Source of the DNA: Prorocentrum cordatum
Lineage: Eukaryota
NCBI GenBank assembly: GCA_963575745.1
Contig: CAUYUJ010000199.1
Location: forward strand, 62,001-116,926
Direction: 5' to 3'
Length of the DNA stretch: 54,926 nt
Part shown: in pieces, positions 36,351-49,292 of the stretch
Layout: each line of letters starts with the position of its first letter
Position numbering within the stretch: the first letter of the stretch is position 1
Notes under the pieces: generated by a model
Told to the model about the DNA's origin: nothing
The model's database searches: none
What the model saw: the letters and a program-made list of their open reading frames with translations, nothing else
Position numbers and translations under genes: made by a program

Positions 36351-36979
36351 GTGAGAGGTGCGAGGGCAGGGTGCTCGGCCACCGCGCGCAGGAGCGGCCG
36401 CTTGGCATCGTTCGGACGTGTGCGTGTTTCCTTCGGCGAGGACCATCGAGGAGCATCCTTGATCATTTTGCGAAGAAATCGCGCACGAAACCGAACACAA
36501 ACACAGGGAATGGACGTCCGAACGACGGCCAGGCCGGTCGCCGGGGCCACCTTCGAGAGTTTCGGAGCACTTTTTGGGGCGTTCCCGTCGGTTCCAGGAG
36601 GTGTTGCTGCCAAGGGTTCGACCTAAGCTGTGTGTTGGCGGTTTCGTGCACCGTCTCGTGTCGCAGTAAAGGCGCAGCGAAGACGAAGAGACGAGTGCGG
36701 CAACAAGTAAACGAAACAACAACGGAGCACGCCGCTCAGATCGAGCCCAGTTCTTGCCTCGGGATGCGTTCCAGCATTACCAGCCTGGAACATATCCCTA
36801 CCCCTATGCTTGACATCACCTCACCTCGATGCCGATCCCAAGGATTCCCTCAGCTTGTGGGGGCCTGTCCCTGAGATTGTCCTCGCGTTTTGCTCGCCCA
36901 TCTTAGGGATAGGGGTACCTTCGAGGCTTCTTACAGCAGCTGCGCCCTGCTCCTGGATCGTCGCGAAGGGCCGCCAGAG

Positions 36980-37089
36980 GCCCGAGATCGGCGACCCGCA
37001 CACCGCCTGGCCCCTCGCCGCCGTCGCTGCGCGGCGCTCGGGGGCGCCGGGCTCCGGACCCCCGCGCGCGGGCCGCCGCTGGTCGCACG
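36980..37089 (+). CDS. Candidate exon (PEIGDPHTAWPLAAVAARRSG...)
   Basis: ag|G acceptor, high GC3 open frame; donor uncertain. Confidence 0.25.
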
Positions 37090-37649
37090 GCACGCCGCGG
37101 TCGGCAAGCCGCGCACGACGGTCCAACCGTTCGCAGGGTCGTTCTGGAGTGTGGCCGAAAGTCGGGCCCGAGAGTCTCGGGTCGGGCGAAAGGGGGGGAT
37201 TGGGAAAGGGGGGGTTACGAAATTTGCTGCATGCAGCTGGTTTCGGCCTCACCGAGGGGCCAATTCCTCGATACATGGCCGCTCCCGGCGCCGGGAGGCG
37301 CCGGGAAAATCAGCTACGTGAGCTGATTCTCAAACCCCCCCTTTGCTATCCCCCCCTTTCGCCCGACCCGAGAGTCGGGGCGGGCCAGTGGCAGGACCTG
37401 GCCACTCGGGTGGTCTTCGCGGCCACGCGCAGAGGGGGGTGGGGGGGAGGGGGCAGGGCTTCTTAGAAGCACCCCTGCTTCTTAGAAGGCGCGGGCCTCA
37501 TCTGTAGATGTAAGGCCGGCGCCTTCTAAGAAGCAGCCTCCTTCTAAGAAGCCCTCCCCCCTCCCCCCACCCCCTTGTGCGCGCCGCCAGTCTTCACCGA
37601 GCGCGTTCCACTGCTCGCACAGTGCCTTACTCGCAGGCGTCCGAAGAAA

Positions 37650-38225
37650 CTCGGGCCGGACGAAAGGGGGGATTGGAAAAGGGGCGGTAACGAAATCTGC
37701 TTCAGGCAGCTGGTTTCGGCCCCACCGAGGGGCCCATTCTAAAACGACGCGAAGATCGGGACAAAATCGGATCGGGATAACTCGAAATCTCTGAGAATCG
37801 GCGGGTTTGGAGGATGTATTGGGCGCCGCGGCCGCTCCAGAGCGTTCCGGAACGCTCTGAGAGCGTTCCGGAACGCTCTGGAGCGATTTATCCCGATCCT
37901 AGCCCTGTTTTACATTCCTCGATACAGGGCCGCCTCCGGCGCCCGGAGGCGCCGGGGAAATCAGCTACGTGAGCTGCTTCTCAAACCCCTCTTTTCGGGG
38001 GAGCGTAAGACATGGGTTTGCCAGGACTCGGGTTCGCCATCGTTTTTTGACGACCGCGCCTCGGTCTCGGCCGAGGAGGAGTTTCGTGGGATGTCTGCAG
38101 CGGGAGGCCTCGTCAAAATGCAGGCTCGGCCTCGTCATTTTTTTGACGACCTCGTCGGGGATTTCCGAGTCCCCTGTACCCAGGTCTTACGTCCCCCTGA
38201 CCTTTGCTGATTATCCCCCCCCTTT
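37650..38225. mobile_element. 3-bp-TSD family MITE disrupted by two 5-bp-TSD elements
   Basis: Insert 1 at 37740-37912 (taaaac...gtttta, perfect TSD cattc). Insert 2 at 37995-38200 (tcgggggagcgtaagac / gtcttacgtccccctga, TSD tcttt/ccttt). Confidence 0.8.
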
Positions 38226-40881
38226 GGGTGGGGGGCCCTGCGCTCCCCGGGCGGGTCCCTGCTCGTCGCGTGATAGCTACTCCCGAGCCAGGCCTCCGGG
38301 TCGAGGAGGAGGAGGATGAGGAGGAGGAGGAGGAGGAGGAGGAGGAGGAGTGGGGAAGGAGGGGGAGGAGGAGGAGGAGGAGGAGGAGGAGGAGGAGGAG
38401 GAGGAGCAGGAGGAGGAGGAGGAGGAGGAGGAGGAGGAGGAGAGGAGGAGGAGGTCGCGCCGCGAGGAGCGCGGCGGCCACAGAGATGGGGGCACGGCTG
38501 TGGTCAAGGTGCGGCATGCTCCCCGCCCCCCGCCCCCCCCCTTTCTGCGATGCAGACGTGGCTCCTGATCAGCCATGTGGCGACAGAGGTGTGCCACACG
38601 GGCAATCATGCTGTTCGCGGTGAAGTAGGAATGCACCACCGCGCCACCAGCACGATGGCAAACTTGGGGAACCAGTATGAACGTGGAGGAGAGCAAGTGT
38701 GAACGTGGAGGAGAGCAAATTCGGATCCGACTGTGGGCCGCCAGGCAGCCCTCACTTGAAGCTATCCGATGTCCAGTCTTATGTCCATGGATGGACTTGC
38801 TGCCCCTTCCATGGATGGGAAGTGGTGGGACGTTTTCGGCCTTGTGGTGGAGCGATGGTAGCCATCAGACGAATCGCAGCGTGAGCTCGTTCAAGAGTGC
38901 CTTTACACGTCATCTGGCACGTGAGCCACACTCGCAAAGCGGCAGAACACGTGGCAGCCGCTGAGCGTGTAAAACGTTTCGACAGCACGAATGATATTTG
39001 GAAGCCCTCTTGGCCAGGTAGCGGTTTGCAAGTTGTGTTTTTCAACTGTCCCGCCCCTCCTTTCGGTAGCAGATAGGAGCCTCGTATACCTTCTTAATTG
39101 CGTTTGTAGCTTCGACCAGCGTCTGGTGATCGATGATATAGCGCCGATGTAGCGTCGATGAACGCCGACTGGCATTGATTAGCGCCGATGTAGTGTCGAT
39201 GTAACGTCGGCTAGCGTCAAACAGCGTCGATTCGGAAGAGCCAGCAAGAAGGTACGTGAGGCACTCATGAGTTGCCACCGAACCTTTTATTTCTCTGCCC
39301 ATCCCTTCGACCAGCCCCAGGCGGAAATTACTGGCTCACCTCACTGGCTGCACCGTTGCACCTCACTGGTTGCTCTGCGTAGATTGCACAGCCTGAATGC
39401 TGGAGCCTTCTGTGTTGGGGTCCACGCTGGCTAACAGCTTGTGTCCCCATCTCTCTAAGCTGGGGGTCTTGTCACTGCTGTGACGTCTCCGCGTTATCCT
39501 CCTCTCCTCCTCTCTCCTTTCTGCCACTCAGGCTCACGCAGATTCACTCATACTTGTACCTGCTTCTACACAGACTCATTGCCACCTAGGCTCCTTCAAC
39601 CTCAGACCTCAGACCTTCGAACTATGACTCGCTCACACTTAGATCCCGGCACCCGTGTCCGGTGGTGGTCCCATGCTCACCGCGATCTGGTAGAGGCGTG
39701 GCATCTGGGCACCCCGAATGGGAGCCGCCACGGGGCAGGACATTCCATTCTCTGTGCGTGCTCTGATTCCTCTCGCTTCGCGGGGGTGCTTGTCCGGACC
39801 ACGTACAGTCCAGTTGTTGCGGGGCCTTTTGGGAGCTTCTTTGTGGCCTCTTTGAGGTGTCTTGGGTGGGGGCCTCTTGGAGGTGTGTTAGGACCAATTC
39901 TTTGTGCTCTGATTCATTGGCTTACGCCGCACCACCGACCCCTTGGGGCGGCAGCAAGAACGAACGGCGGAGGTCGCGGAACGCGCGCGATCGCTGGGCA
40001 ATCTTGGGGTTTTGGCCTGTTTTGCGCGGCGCGTGGGGTTTAGGGGGTGGCCTCGTACGGGATTGTTTTGAAGTTTTTCGTCGTCTTATGTGGGTTGCTT
40101 GGGGCCTTTACGGGGCCTGTCCCAGGCCTCCTTTTCCACCACCTGGATAGGCTCAGGGATCGTTGAGACCCAGCTGGGGGTGCGTCCGGCCAGAAGTTCG
40201 AGAGTGCACCCAGCTGTGTCAACGAGGAGCTTCCTGAAGGCCCAGAGCGGGCGGAGAGGGCCCAAGAACGAAGAGTCTCATGCCTCGAGCCTTGATCCAC
40301 CCAGTTTTCGCTTGTTCCTTCCTTTGCGAAGGGGAGGCATCGGCCAGGGAGGTCGATCCTCACCCCGGACCCTCGGTGGTGTCCCCGGGCAGCGAAAACG
40401 ATTTCTGGAGGCTGAATTCGAGGAGATGCCTCGGTGGCGACGAAATCTTCTTCGTTTTTTCCCTCTTCCTCCTCTTCCTCCTCGTCCTGTCCTCTTCTTC
40501 TCGATCGAGGTAGATGCCCGCGGCAGTTCCGGCCGCCTTTCCAGATATTTTTGTTTGAGCAGCTTTTGTTTTTGATAGGTTTAGGTCTCCGGGGGCCGGT
40601 GCTGGGCCCCAGGATTTTTGAAACTGGATGGACCTGGGTCGAGAAATTGTATCATTGGACCCGGGGAGAGGCTCACGAATTTGGGCGAAGTAGCCAGTCG
40701 GACTCGAGAGGTTTGTTGTGGTTGGGGGGGGGTCCGGGCCCCTCCCCTGCTGTCGCCGTGGCTGGATGCATTTGGGTAAACGATTACGATTGGATTCCGG
40801 GAAGGGTCCGGGGAGCCCATGGTGAACGATTTCTGCGCGGGAAAAAGGCAAGAGTTTTGCTGCAGAGTCTCAGTCTTTTCG

Positions 40882-41978
40882 TTTTTCCCAACCATCCTGT
40901 GGTGTTGGGTCCTCGTTTTGAAGAGACGTCGCCCCGCGTTCTCCTCCTCCTCCTCCTCATCCTCCTCCTCCTCTCCTCTCCTCCTCCCCCTCTCCTCCTC
41001 CCTCCTCCCTGCGTTTCACCCACCCACTGCAGCGTTTCGTGGCCCCATAAGGAGCTCCACCGAAGGCCCCAGTGGCAGCGTTCGCATGGCGGCCTCGGGC
41101 AATTTCGGCACACCCCTCACGAGGATCGTGGCCCCATAGGGAGCTCGACCGAAGGCCCCAGTGGCAGCGTTCGCATGGCGGCCTCGGGCCATTTCGGCAC
41201 ACCTCTCACGAGGATCGTGGCCCCATAGGGAGCTCGACCGAAGGCTCCAGTGGCAGCGTTCGCATAGCGGCCTCGGGCCATTTCGGCACACCCCTCACGG
41301 GGATCGTGGCCCCATAGGGAGCTCGACCGAAGGCCCCAGTGGCAGCGTTCGCATGGCGGCCTCGGGCCATTTCGGCACACCTCTCACGAGGATCGTAGCG
41401 GCCCCCGTGGCCCCACCCATAGGGAGCTCGACCGAAGGCCCCAGTGGCAGCGTTTGCATGGCGGTCTCGGGCAATTTCGGCACACCCCTCACGAGGATCG
41501 TGGCCCCATAGGGAGCTCCACGGGAGGCTCCAGTGGCAGGGTTCGCATGGCGGCCTCGGGCCATTTCGGCACACCTCTCACGAGGATCGTGGCCCCATAG
41601 GGAGCTCCGCCGAAGGCGCCACTGGCCAGGTTCGCACGGCGGCCTCGGGCAATTTCGGCTCACGAGCATCGTGGCCCCATAGGGAGCTCGACCGAAGGCC
41701 CCAGTGGCAGGGTTCGCATAGCGGCCTCGGGCCATTTCGGCACACCCCTCACGAGGATCGTGGCCCCATAGGGAGCTCCACCAGAGGCTCCAGTGGCAGG
41801 GTTCGCATGGCGGCCTCGGGCCATTTCGGCACACCTCTCACGAGGATCGTGGCCCCATAGGGAGCTCCGCCGAAGGCGCCACTGGCAGCGTTCGCACGGC
41901 GGCCTCGGGCCATTTCGGCACACCCCTCACGAGGATCGTGGCCCCATAGTGAACTCGACCGAAGGCCCCAGTGGCAGC
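40882..41978 (+). mobile_element. Satellite-carrying Helentron/DINE-1-like element, copy 3 (89-bp monomers, 3' end missing)
   Basis: 5' tttttcccaaccatcctgtggtgttggg, (CCT)n tract, ~11 monomers (gtggcccc at 41128 and 41217, 89-bp spacing). Confidence 0.7.
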
Positions 41979-42289
41979 AATGCGGGCGCGACATGGGCCG
42001 TGCGATACCCACTACCAGCTCCCCTTGGGGTGCTCGAGCCAACGCTTTTGTCGTCTGAAAGCATCCTGGGCGCGTTGCGGAGGCACTCTGGGAGCAAATG
42101 GCTCATGCTCCTGCGACTGCAGCCATTTACTGCTCAGCGCCTTTCCATACATATGGCTAGTGATGCCATTGTTTGCGTTACTTTACTTATTTCCATGTTT
42201 GCTGTCTTGTGCGTCAGCCTTGCGCGTTTTTTTTTGGTTGTTTTTTTCAAGTGTCCGTATAATGATTTGTGGATTCCAGACGCCATGGC

Positions 42290-43700
42290 CATGGCCAATT
42301 TGGCGACGCACCCAGGCGGCGTGGAAATATTTGTAGGGATTAGTTTACCGCGAGGCTCGGTATCCAGTCCTGCTTCGCGACCATTGGGCGACAGTTTCCC
42401 GATGAGGCCATGTTCTCTGGTGGAAGCGCAATCTCCAGATCCACGACTGGGTATCGCCCAACTTCTTCGCACGGATGGCGTTTTACCTGGCCTCCAACAC
42501 TTGTTCAGCAAAAGTCTAAGTCGAACGACGCATTGGTTGCGCGATCGGCGAGAATGGCTTATAACGATATTGCAGGTCGCGCGGCATAGTTCGTCCGTTT
42601 GGATATTGCGGGCGCCGCCCATCGCCGCCTGTTCACGTAACGTCAGAACGAGCACCTCAAGGCAAACGGCACCCACATCCTATCGTGTCTTTTGCGTCGC
42701 AGATGCGAAACTCGCACGTCCGTCGGTTGCATGGGATTGCCCTGGGAGTCTGAATGGGACAAACATGGATTGGTTAACGCGTTCATTCCAATGTTACGTT
42801 GGCTGTCGGGGGGCACCGCGGCGCGAACAGGGCGCGGGGCCAGAACTTTCAGAGGCGCCGCGGGTGAACAATGGAGGAAGTTCAGAAAACAAGTGGCTGA
42901 AGACAACCATTGACATTGCGCGGGGTCCGCGTCGACGGGTCGCGCGTCGTGGCAGTCCGGCGCGACCGCGGTCATGTGAGTCTTTTATTTTCGTCGCTTC
43001 GCTGGCGCATGAAGTGCGAGATCCCGCGAGACACTTCATTTCCTGGACATTGGCCGCGCAGGGGGCGATTGCCAAAGCAGCCGCGTGCAATTGCAAGCTC
43101 GTAGAGAGATTGCAAGATCATGCTTGGCAGATTTCTTTTGGCCAGGGCGGGGGATGATCCAGACTGCCTCCAGCATTTTGCGACGCCCGCACCGTTGGGC
43201 CATTTGATTGAGCGGGTGACCCACGACGGCGAAACCACAGACTTGGGGAAATGCTCCAATGGACACGTAAATGAGCTTGGCCGTAAATTGAATTGGTTCA
43301 AAGGCAACGTGGCCGAAAATGGCTTCAACGGCAGATGGCGCGAGATTGACTTCCGGATCAATCGCGGCGCGCATCGCGCAGATTACCCTGTCGGAGTCCG
43401 AGTTCTGGAATGCCTTAGATTGTTTGTCGCTTACCAGACTGCTCGCCATGGAACAGATTCCGCGCCAGTTGTCAGGCGTTTTCTTCAGGAACTGGAGACT
43501 GTGCCCGAGCCTATTCACAAGCAGCGCAAGCGATTCCCAAAGAAGTCGAACGCAGCGACGCGGATCGTTTGGCGAAAGTTCCGGGCTTGGTTGAAGGATT
43601 CTGCGCCAACGATCGAGCTGAGCAGGTTTCAGTGCCCATCAGCGGTGGCGCGCGCGCAACTGGGCCGAGTGCTGGATTGGGGCAGCACGCCGCAGCGCTG
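42290..43700 (-). pseudogene. Possible highly decayed non-LTR retrotransposon reverse-transcriptase remnant
   Basis: Minus-strand fragments LLNKCWRPGKTP..SW..GDCAST and KKTPDNWRGIC loosely resemble the LINE pre-RT motif LFNxCWxxGxxPxxW...NYRxISL. Their order is not cleanly colinear and no YADD was seen. Confidence 0.2.
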
Positions 43701-44639
43701 GAGAGGGGGGCGCTTGGGTTCTGCGCGCGGCGAAAGGGAATTGCGTTTTCTGACGCCAGATTCGCACCCCAGACGAAAGCGATCCTGGGGGCGCCGAGGG
43801 GGATGCAGACGCCGACGAAACCAGCGCAGGCACCGCTGAGTCAGCGAGCACACCCTCCAGCGATGACTCCCCTCTTCTCGCCACTTCGCGGGGGCGCCCA
43901 GCGGCGGCTCCGCAGAGTGCTCGCGAGCGTCTAGCTGCGGCCCCTTCCCCCGGCTGCGCCAGTGGAGCCCCGGAGAGGAATGCAGCGTCTACGCCGCGCA
44001 CTTAGCGACATTCTCTCAGCGCGCAGCTGCGGCATAACGGCAGCATGACAGCAGTTCTGTTCGATGGCTCACGAGTTAGAGAAGCGGGGGGTGGAGCTGC
44101 GCGCAGACGGAGGGGGGGGCCCAATACAATGACAGAGATGGCTACCTGACAGAGTCTGCTGGATCTCGGTTGCGAAGCCCTGTTCCGCGTTGTAGACTGC
44201 AGCATTCGCTGCGCGGTGATCTGCGTGGATCAGAGATGGCGATCGGAGCGATTTACAGACCCGCGGCGACAAGCAATTTCGTTTGTTATCTGTCGGCTGT
44301 CTTGGATAAGTGGGTTCTCGCGGACAGCTTTGGCCTGGCGACCGCCGAAAGCAGCTTCGAGGAGAGCCTTGCTGCGGGCGCAGCCAAATTTCTTGTCATT
44401 CACGCGCGGCGCTCAGTGAACCATCATTCCCCGCATTTTCTAGCGATTTCCACATTCGGGCCCTGTTCGCGACCGCCGCGCAGCAGACGCATCGTGTTCG
44501 TCGCGCTTAATTGCGCAGTCCAGGCTGAAGCCAGCTCGATTCCACGCCCACCGGCCGCCGGGCTGAGAGTTGCGACAAAGAGAATTGTTCGAGCAGTTAA
44601 TCATTTTATCGCCGTTTCTGGGCGGTCCGCGCCCGCGTT

Positions 44640-46040
44640 GCCGATTCCTGCGCCCCGGTGCCTGCGTGGCCGAATCGGGCGCTTCGGTGCTCAGATTGCC
44701 CCTCTCGGGCGAGTTGGTTTTCATATTGCCAATTCAGGCGCTTTAGTGTTCAGCGTGAGAATGGCGGCACTCTGGTGCTCAGATTGCCCATTTGTGCGAT
44801 TCGGTGCTGCTGAGATTGCCGACTCTGGCGCGTCGACGGTCAGATTAGCCCCGTTGGTGGGCGCTTCGGCGCCCACATTGCCGATTCGGGCGTTTCAGCG
44901 CCCGCGTTGCCGAATGGGCGATTCATGTCAGACTGCCAATTCGGGCGCTTCGTCGGTCAGACTGCCGACGAGGGGGGGAGGTCTGGCTCCTCGACAGTCG
45001 GGCGCTTGAGCGCTCAGATTACCAATGGAGGCGATCCGGTGTTCAGATTGCCGATTCGAGCGCTGCGCTTCGGCGCTCAGTGCGCCGATTCAGGCGGCGA
45101 TCCGTTGCGCAGATTGCGGACGCGTGCGATTCCGTGCTCAGATTGCCGATTCGGGCGTTTGGCGTTCAGATTGCTTCTGAGCGTTGTGGAGCTCCGGTTG
45201 CCGATTCTGGCGCTTCAGCGCTTAGATTGCCGATTCGAGCCCCTCCGTGCTTAGGTTGCCGAGTCGGGCGATTCGGTGGTGAGGTTGCCGATTTGGGTTC
45301 ATTGGTGCTAAGATTTCTGATTCAAGCGTTTCCGTGTTCAGATTGCCGATTTGGGCGCGTTGGTGCTAGGATTGTGGATGCGGGCGCGTCCGCGCTCAGA
45401 TTGCCGATTCCTGCGCTTCAGTGTTCCGGTTGCCGATCTATAGATTGCCGATTGGGATATTTCAGGTCTCAGGTTGCCGATTCCGGCGCTTCAGTGTTTA
45501 GATTGCCGATTCGGGCGTTTCGGTGCTCTGATTGCCGATTCGAGCGCTTTGGTGCTCAGATTGCCAATTTGGGTTCTTCGATTGTCAGATTGCCGATTCG
45601 GGCGTTTTGGTGCTCTGATTGCCCATGTGGGCGCTCCAGTGCTGAGATCGCCGATTTGGGTGACCTGCGGCTCATATTGCCAATTCAGGCGCTTCAGTGC
45701 ACAGAATGCCGATTCAGGCGATTCAGGCGACTCGGTGCTCAAATTGCCGATTCGTGCGTTTCGGTGCTCCGATAGTTGATTTTGGCGGTTCAGTGTTTCG
45801 ATTGGCGTTTCTTTGTTCAGATTGCCGATTGAAGCGCATCGGTGCTCAGATTGCGGATTCGGGCGCGTCCGTGTTCAGATTCCGATTCGGGGGTTTCGGG
45901 GGTCAGATTGCCGATTCGGGCGTTTCGGTCAGATTGATGATTTGGGCGGCTTGGCGCTTACATTGCTGGTTCGGGCGTTTCGGTGCTCAGATTGCCGCTT
46001 CGAGGTGTTGTCTGATGCAGCGCCGCGCTTAGATTGCTGA
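44640..46040. repeat. 29-bp minisatellite (~45-48 diverged units), consensus cagattgccgattcgggcgtttcggtgct
   Basis: Exact 29-bp register readable across 45499-45710. Confidence 0.92.
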
Positions 46041-46454
46041 TTCGTGGGGAAACATTTGCAGAATGACGAACTGGGCGTTCTTTGCCTGTAACCGAGTTCA
46101 GAAATCTCAAAATCGGTGCAGCAGTTGTTTTAATAGCTTCGCTGTGGTTTTACAAGCCGGAGCCTTCTTTAAATTTTCTTCTCCCCGAATTGTGCTTCTG
46201 GGGGGCCTTCGCGGGGCACCTCGTAATATTTGTTCAAGAGTCTTGGGGACTGATGGGGCCGTCTGGAGGCAATCTTCTGCGTTTTGGAACGAGGCCCGTT
46301 TTGGAGCCTCCTGAGGCCCGGCACTTTTGCCCCCCCCCCCCCCCACACCCCTCCGAACCGGCCGGACCAGGCCTTCGGGGGACGGGTTCGGGGAGGGGGA
46401 AGCATTTCACACGCCGTGACCCCAAGGGGTCCGCGGACTACGGGAATGATTTAG

Positions 46455-47880
46455 ACGTTTTGCGTGATTTCGGCCCCGCTTTATGTCCCACGGGGGAGCC
46501 TCCAGGGGGCAGGACATGTCATTCGTCGCGTTCAGACTGTGGGGATGTCGCTTGCGGTTTCATGTTTCGGCCGCGCCGACTTCTCCCTGCTGGTGGCTCA
46601 AGGCTCACCGCGACGTAGCAAAACTGGCATTTGGGCGCCCCACGGGGTAGTCGGCAGGGGGCAGGAGATTGCATTGGTCGCGCTCAGATTGCGGGGACGT
46701 TTCATTCGGTTTGCGTGTTTCGACCGCGCCGGCTTCTCTCTGTAAGTGGCAACGTGCCCACCGCGATGTAGCACGCGTGGCAGTTTGGCACCCCAAACGG
46801 GGGCCGCCTAGGGGGAGGACATTCCACTCTTCGCGCTCAGGTTGTGGGGATGTCTCAGGCGTTTTGCGTGTTTCGGCCCCGCAGACTCATGTATTTTGGT
46901 GGTCCACTGCTCACCGCGATGTATCAGACCTGGTAATCGGGCACCCCACGGAGAAGCCGCCAGGGGGCAGGACGTTCCATTAGTCGCGCTCGGATTGTGG
47001 GGAAGTCTCATGCGGTTTGTTTGTTTCGGCCGCGCAGGTTTGTCTTTGTTGGTGCTTTAATGCTCACCGCGATATAGCAGTCGTGGCAGTTGGGCTCACC
47101 GAGTGGGAGCCGTCCGGGGGTAGGACACTCCATTCTTAACGCTCAGGTTGTGGGGGTGTTGCAAGTGTTTTGCGCGTTCCGGCGCTATGCTCTCAGGTTT
47201 TTCATCGTTCGTGGTCCAATGCTCACCGCGATATAGCAGGCGTGGCGTGGAATTTGGGCACCTTGAGGGGGTAGCCGCCAGTGGTGGGGACCTCCCCAAT
47301 TCGCGGCCAGATTGCAGGGATGTCTTCGGCGGTTTGCGTGGTTTCGGCCCCGCTTACTTGTTTATTTAATCGCTTCGCTCATGCCGCCGGCCCTGGAGCC
47401 CTCTTTAGGGCCTCTTGGGGGCCTCTTGGGGACCTCTTGGGAGTCTCTTGGGGCTCCTTGGCGGCGTTTTGGAGGCCCCCAGGGCCTCTTGGGGGGCTCT
47501 TGGGGGTAGTCGATTGCGGCTCCCCCCTCGGAGGCCACGATCCTCGTGAGGGGTGTCGAAAAATACCCTCCCCTGGAGTGGTCTGGTGGCTTCTCCCGGG
47601 CTTCTCTCGGGACCTTGCCGGGGTACTTTTCGTCCGGGGGCCCCCAGGGGCCGCTCCGCGCGCGCGAACTAGACATATTGTTAACAAGTTACCGGAGATC
47701 TTAGCACGCCTCTGGCCCGTTGGGCCGGCGAATTTTTGGTGGTCCAATGCTCCCTGCATCATAGTAGGTAGGACTGGCACTCGGGCACTCCAAAGGGGAG
47801 TCGCCAGGAGCTGGACATTCCATTGGTCGCGCTCAGATTGTGGGAACGTTTCAAGCGGTTTGCTTGGTGCGGCGCCCCGA
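46455..47880. repeat. Diverged ~152-bp tandem repeat, interrupted by the 47366-47735 element
   Basis: cccacggggagccgccagggggcaggacattcc-like units at ~46488, 46640, 46790, 46943, 47096, 47260 and 47790. Dispersed units at ~39700, 48890, 49310 and 49470. Confidence 0.8.
47366..47735 (-). mobile_element. Helentron/HINE-like element, empty copy
   Basis: Same ends as 32873-33905. Inserted in a T-rich position of the 152-bp repeat with no TSD (compare uninterrupted gtattttggtggtccac at 46891). Confidence 0.75.
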
Positions 47881-49084
47881 GGAGCGGCGGAGGCGGAGAT
47901 GGGGTAGGGCGGGAAGGAGGTACGGGAGGAGAAGGTGGAGAGAGGCGGAGGGGAAGGGCGAGGGACGCGCAGGTGGTCGGAGGTGGCACTGCAGCGCTGG
48001 GCCCACATGTCCCCGTCGTCGTTGTCGATTTTTTGTTGGCGCCCCCACGAGCACGGCGCCATACAGGCGTGGCACTTGGGCACCGCGAGGAGAATCGACA
48101 GGGGATATGGCTGGCCCGCTCGTGCCAAGCTTGCGGGGGTGCTTCAGGCTGTTTGCCTGCATGGCTGCTCAGACTCTCTGCTGATCACCACCCACCAAAC
48201 CACCCCAACGCAACCCGAAGGCTTCAATTTGCCCTCCATTTCCAGTGGGGGGTGGGGGTTGGGGAACATCGAAAAAACACATATGGAGCCCATACCCCCC
48301 CCCAACCCGAAACTCGGGTCTTCGGGTAGGGTTTGGGTGGTCTGGTAGGTAGTCAGTTGAAAGCTCAGTGGTCACTTTGGTATAGCAGGCGTGGCAGCCG
48401 GGCTCCCCGGGGAGCAGCCTCTGGGAGGTATGACCCTTGCCCGTGCGCGCCCAGCTCGTGAGGAGGCTTGGGGAGGTCTCGGGCGGGTTGCTGTTGCTAC
48501 CCGCCAGAACGCTTCGGAAATTGATAGACCTCCTACCCTGACACGTCGATCAGCGAATCGGCCGTTTCCGGTTTTTGCGAGGGCGTCGCGGCCGTCATTT
48601 TTGCGGGCCCAGGTCCGTCGGTTTCGGTTTTAGGCCGTTTTCACGAAAGGGTGGTTTATTAAAGGGAGGTTTGTCCACCGCCGATGTTTTCTTTTGGAGA
48701 GCCACATGATCACTGCGATGTAGCCGCTGCGGTACAGCCGAGGTCGGTTCGTAGGTCGACCTGCAACATCAAGGGTAACCTTTGTGACATGAGCATGGCG
48801 ACCCATGCCTTCTACACTCCTGGCAATGTTGCCCCCGGAATGAACGTGTGTCCTCTTGCGTGCCATCTCGACTCCACCCCGACTGTACTTGGGCATCCCA
48901 AGGCGGAGCCGCCATGAGATATCACATTTGCCCGTTCGCGTGTAGATTGTGGGGATGTTTGGGACCCTTCGCCAGTTGGGAGTCCCCAGGCTTGCTTCCT
49001 TCCTCCGTGTTTCCCGCCCTCTTCCCCCTACTCGCATTCAGAACCAAGCCGACACTGATTTGTCATATGCGGATTCATGCACGC

Positions 49085-49292
49085 AGACCCCGCGCACACT
49101 GCTCATTCGCACTCAGACTCACCCACACTCAGGCTCACCCATATTCGTATGACTCGCACTCAGACCACACGCGCTCATATTCACTGACACTCAGACTGTC
49201 TCAGACTCCCTCATGCTCAGGCTCACTCGCACTCAGACCTACTCACAGTCAGTCTCACTCACACTAAGACCCACTGCGCTCAGACCGCTCAC
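49085..49292. repeat. Degenerate (ACTCAG/ACTCAC)n simple repeat
   Basis: actcagactcacccacactcaggctcac... Confidence 0.8.

Noticed and set aside
41793..43157. 454-aa plus-strand ORF
   Set aside because: It starts within the satellite, lacks GC3 bias and has no recognisable domain; probably chance or antisense to a decayed element.
44907..46040. Repetitive ORFs (IADSG.../LPIRAF.../SDCRFG...)
   Set aside because: Frame-cycling translation of a 29-bp minisatellite.
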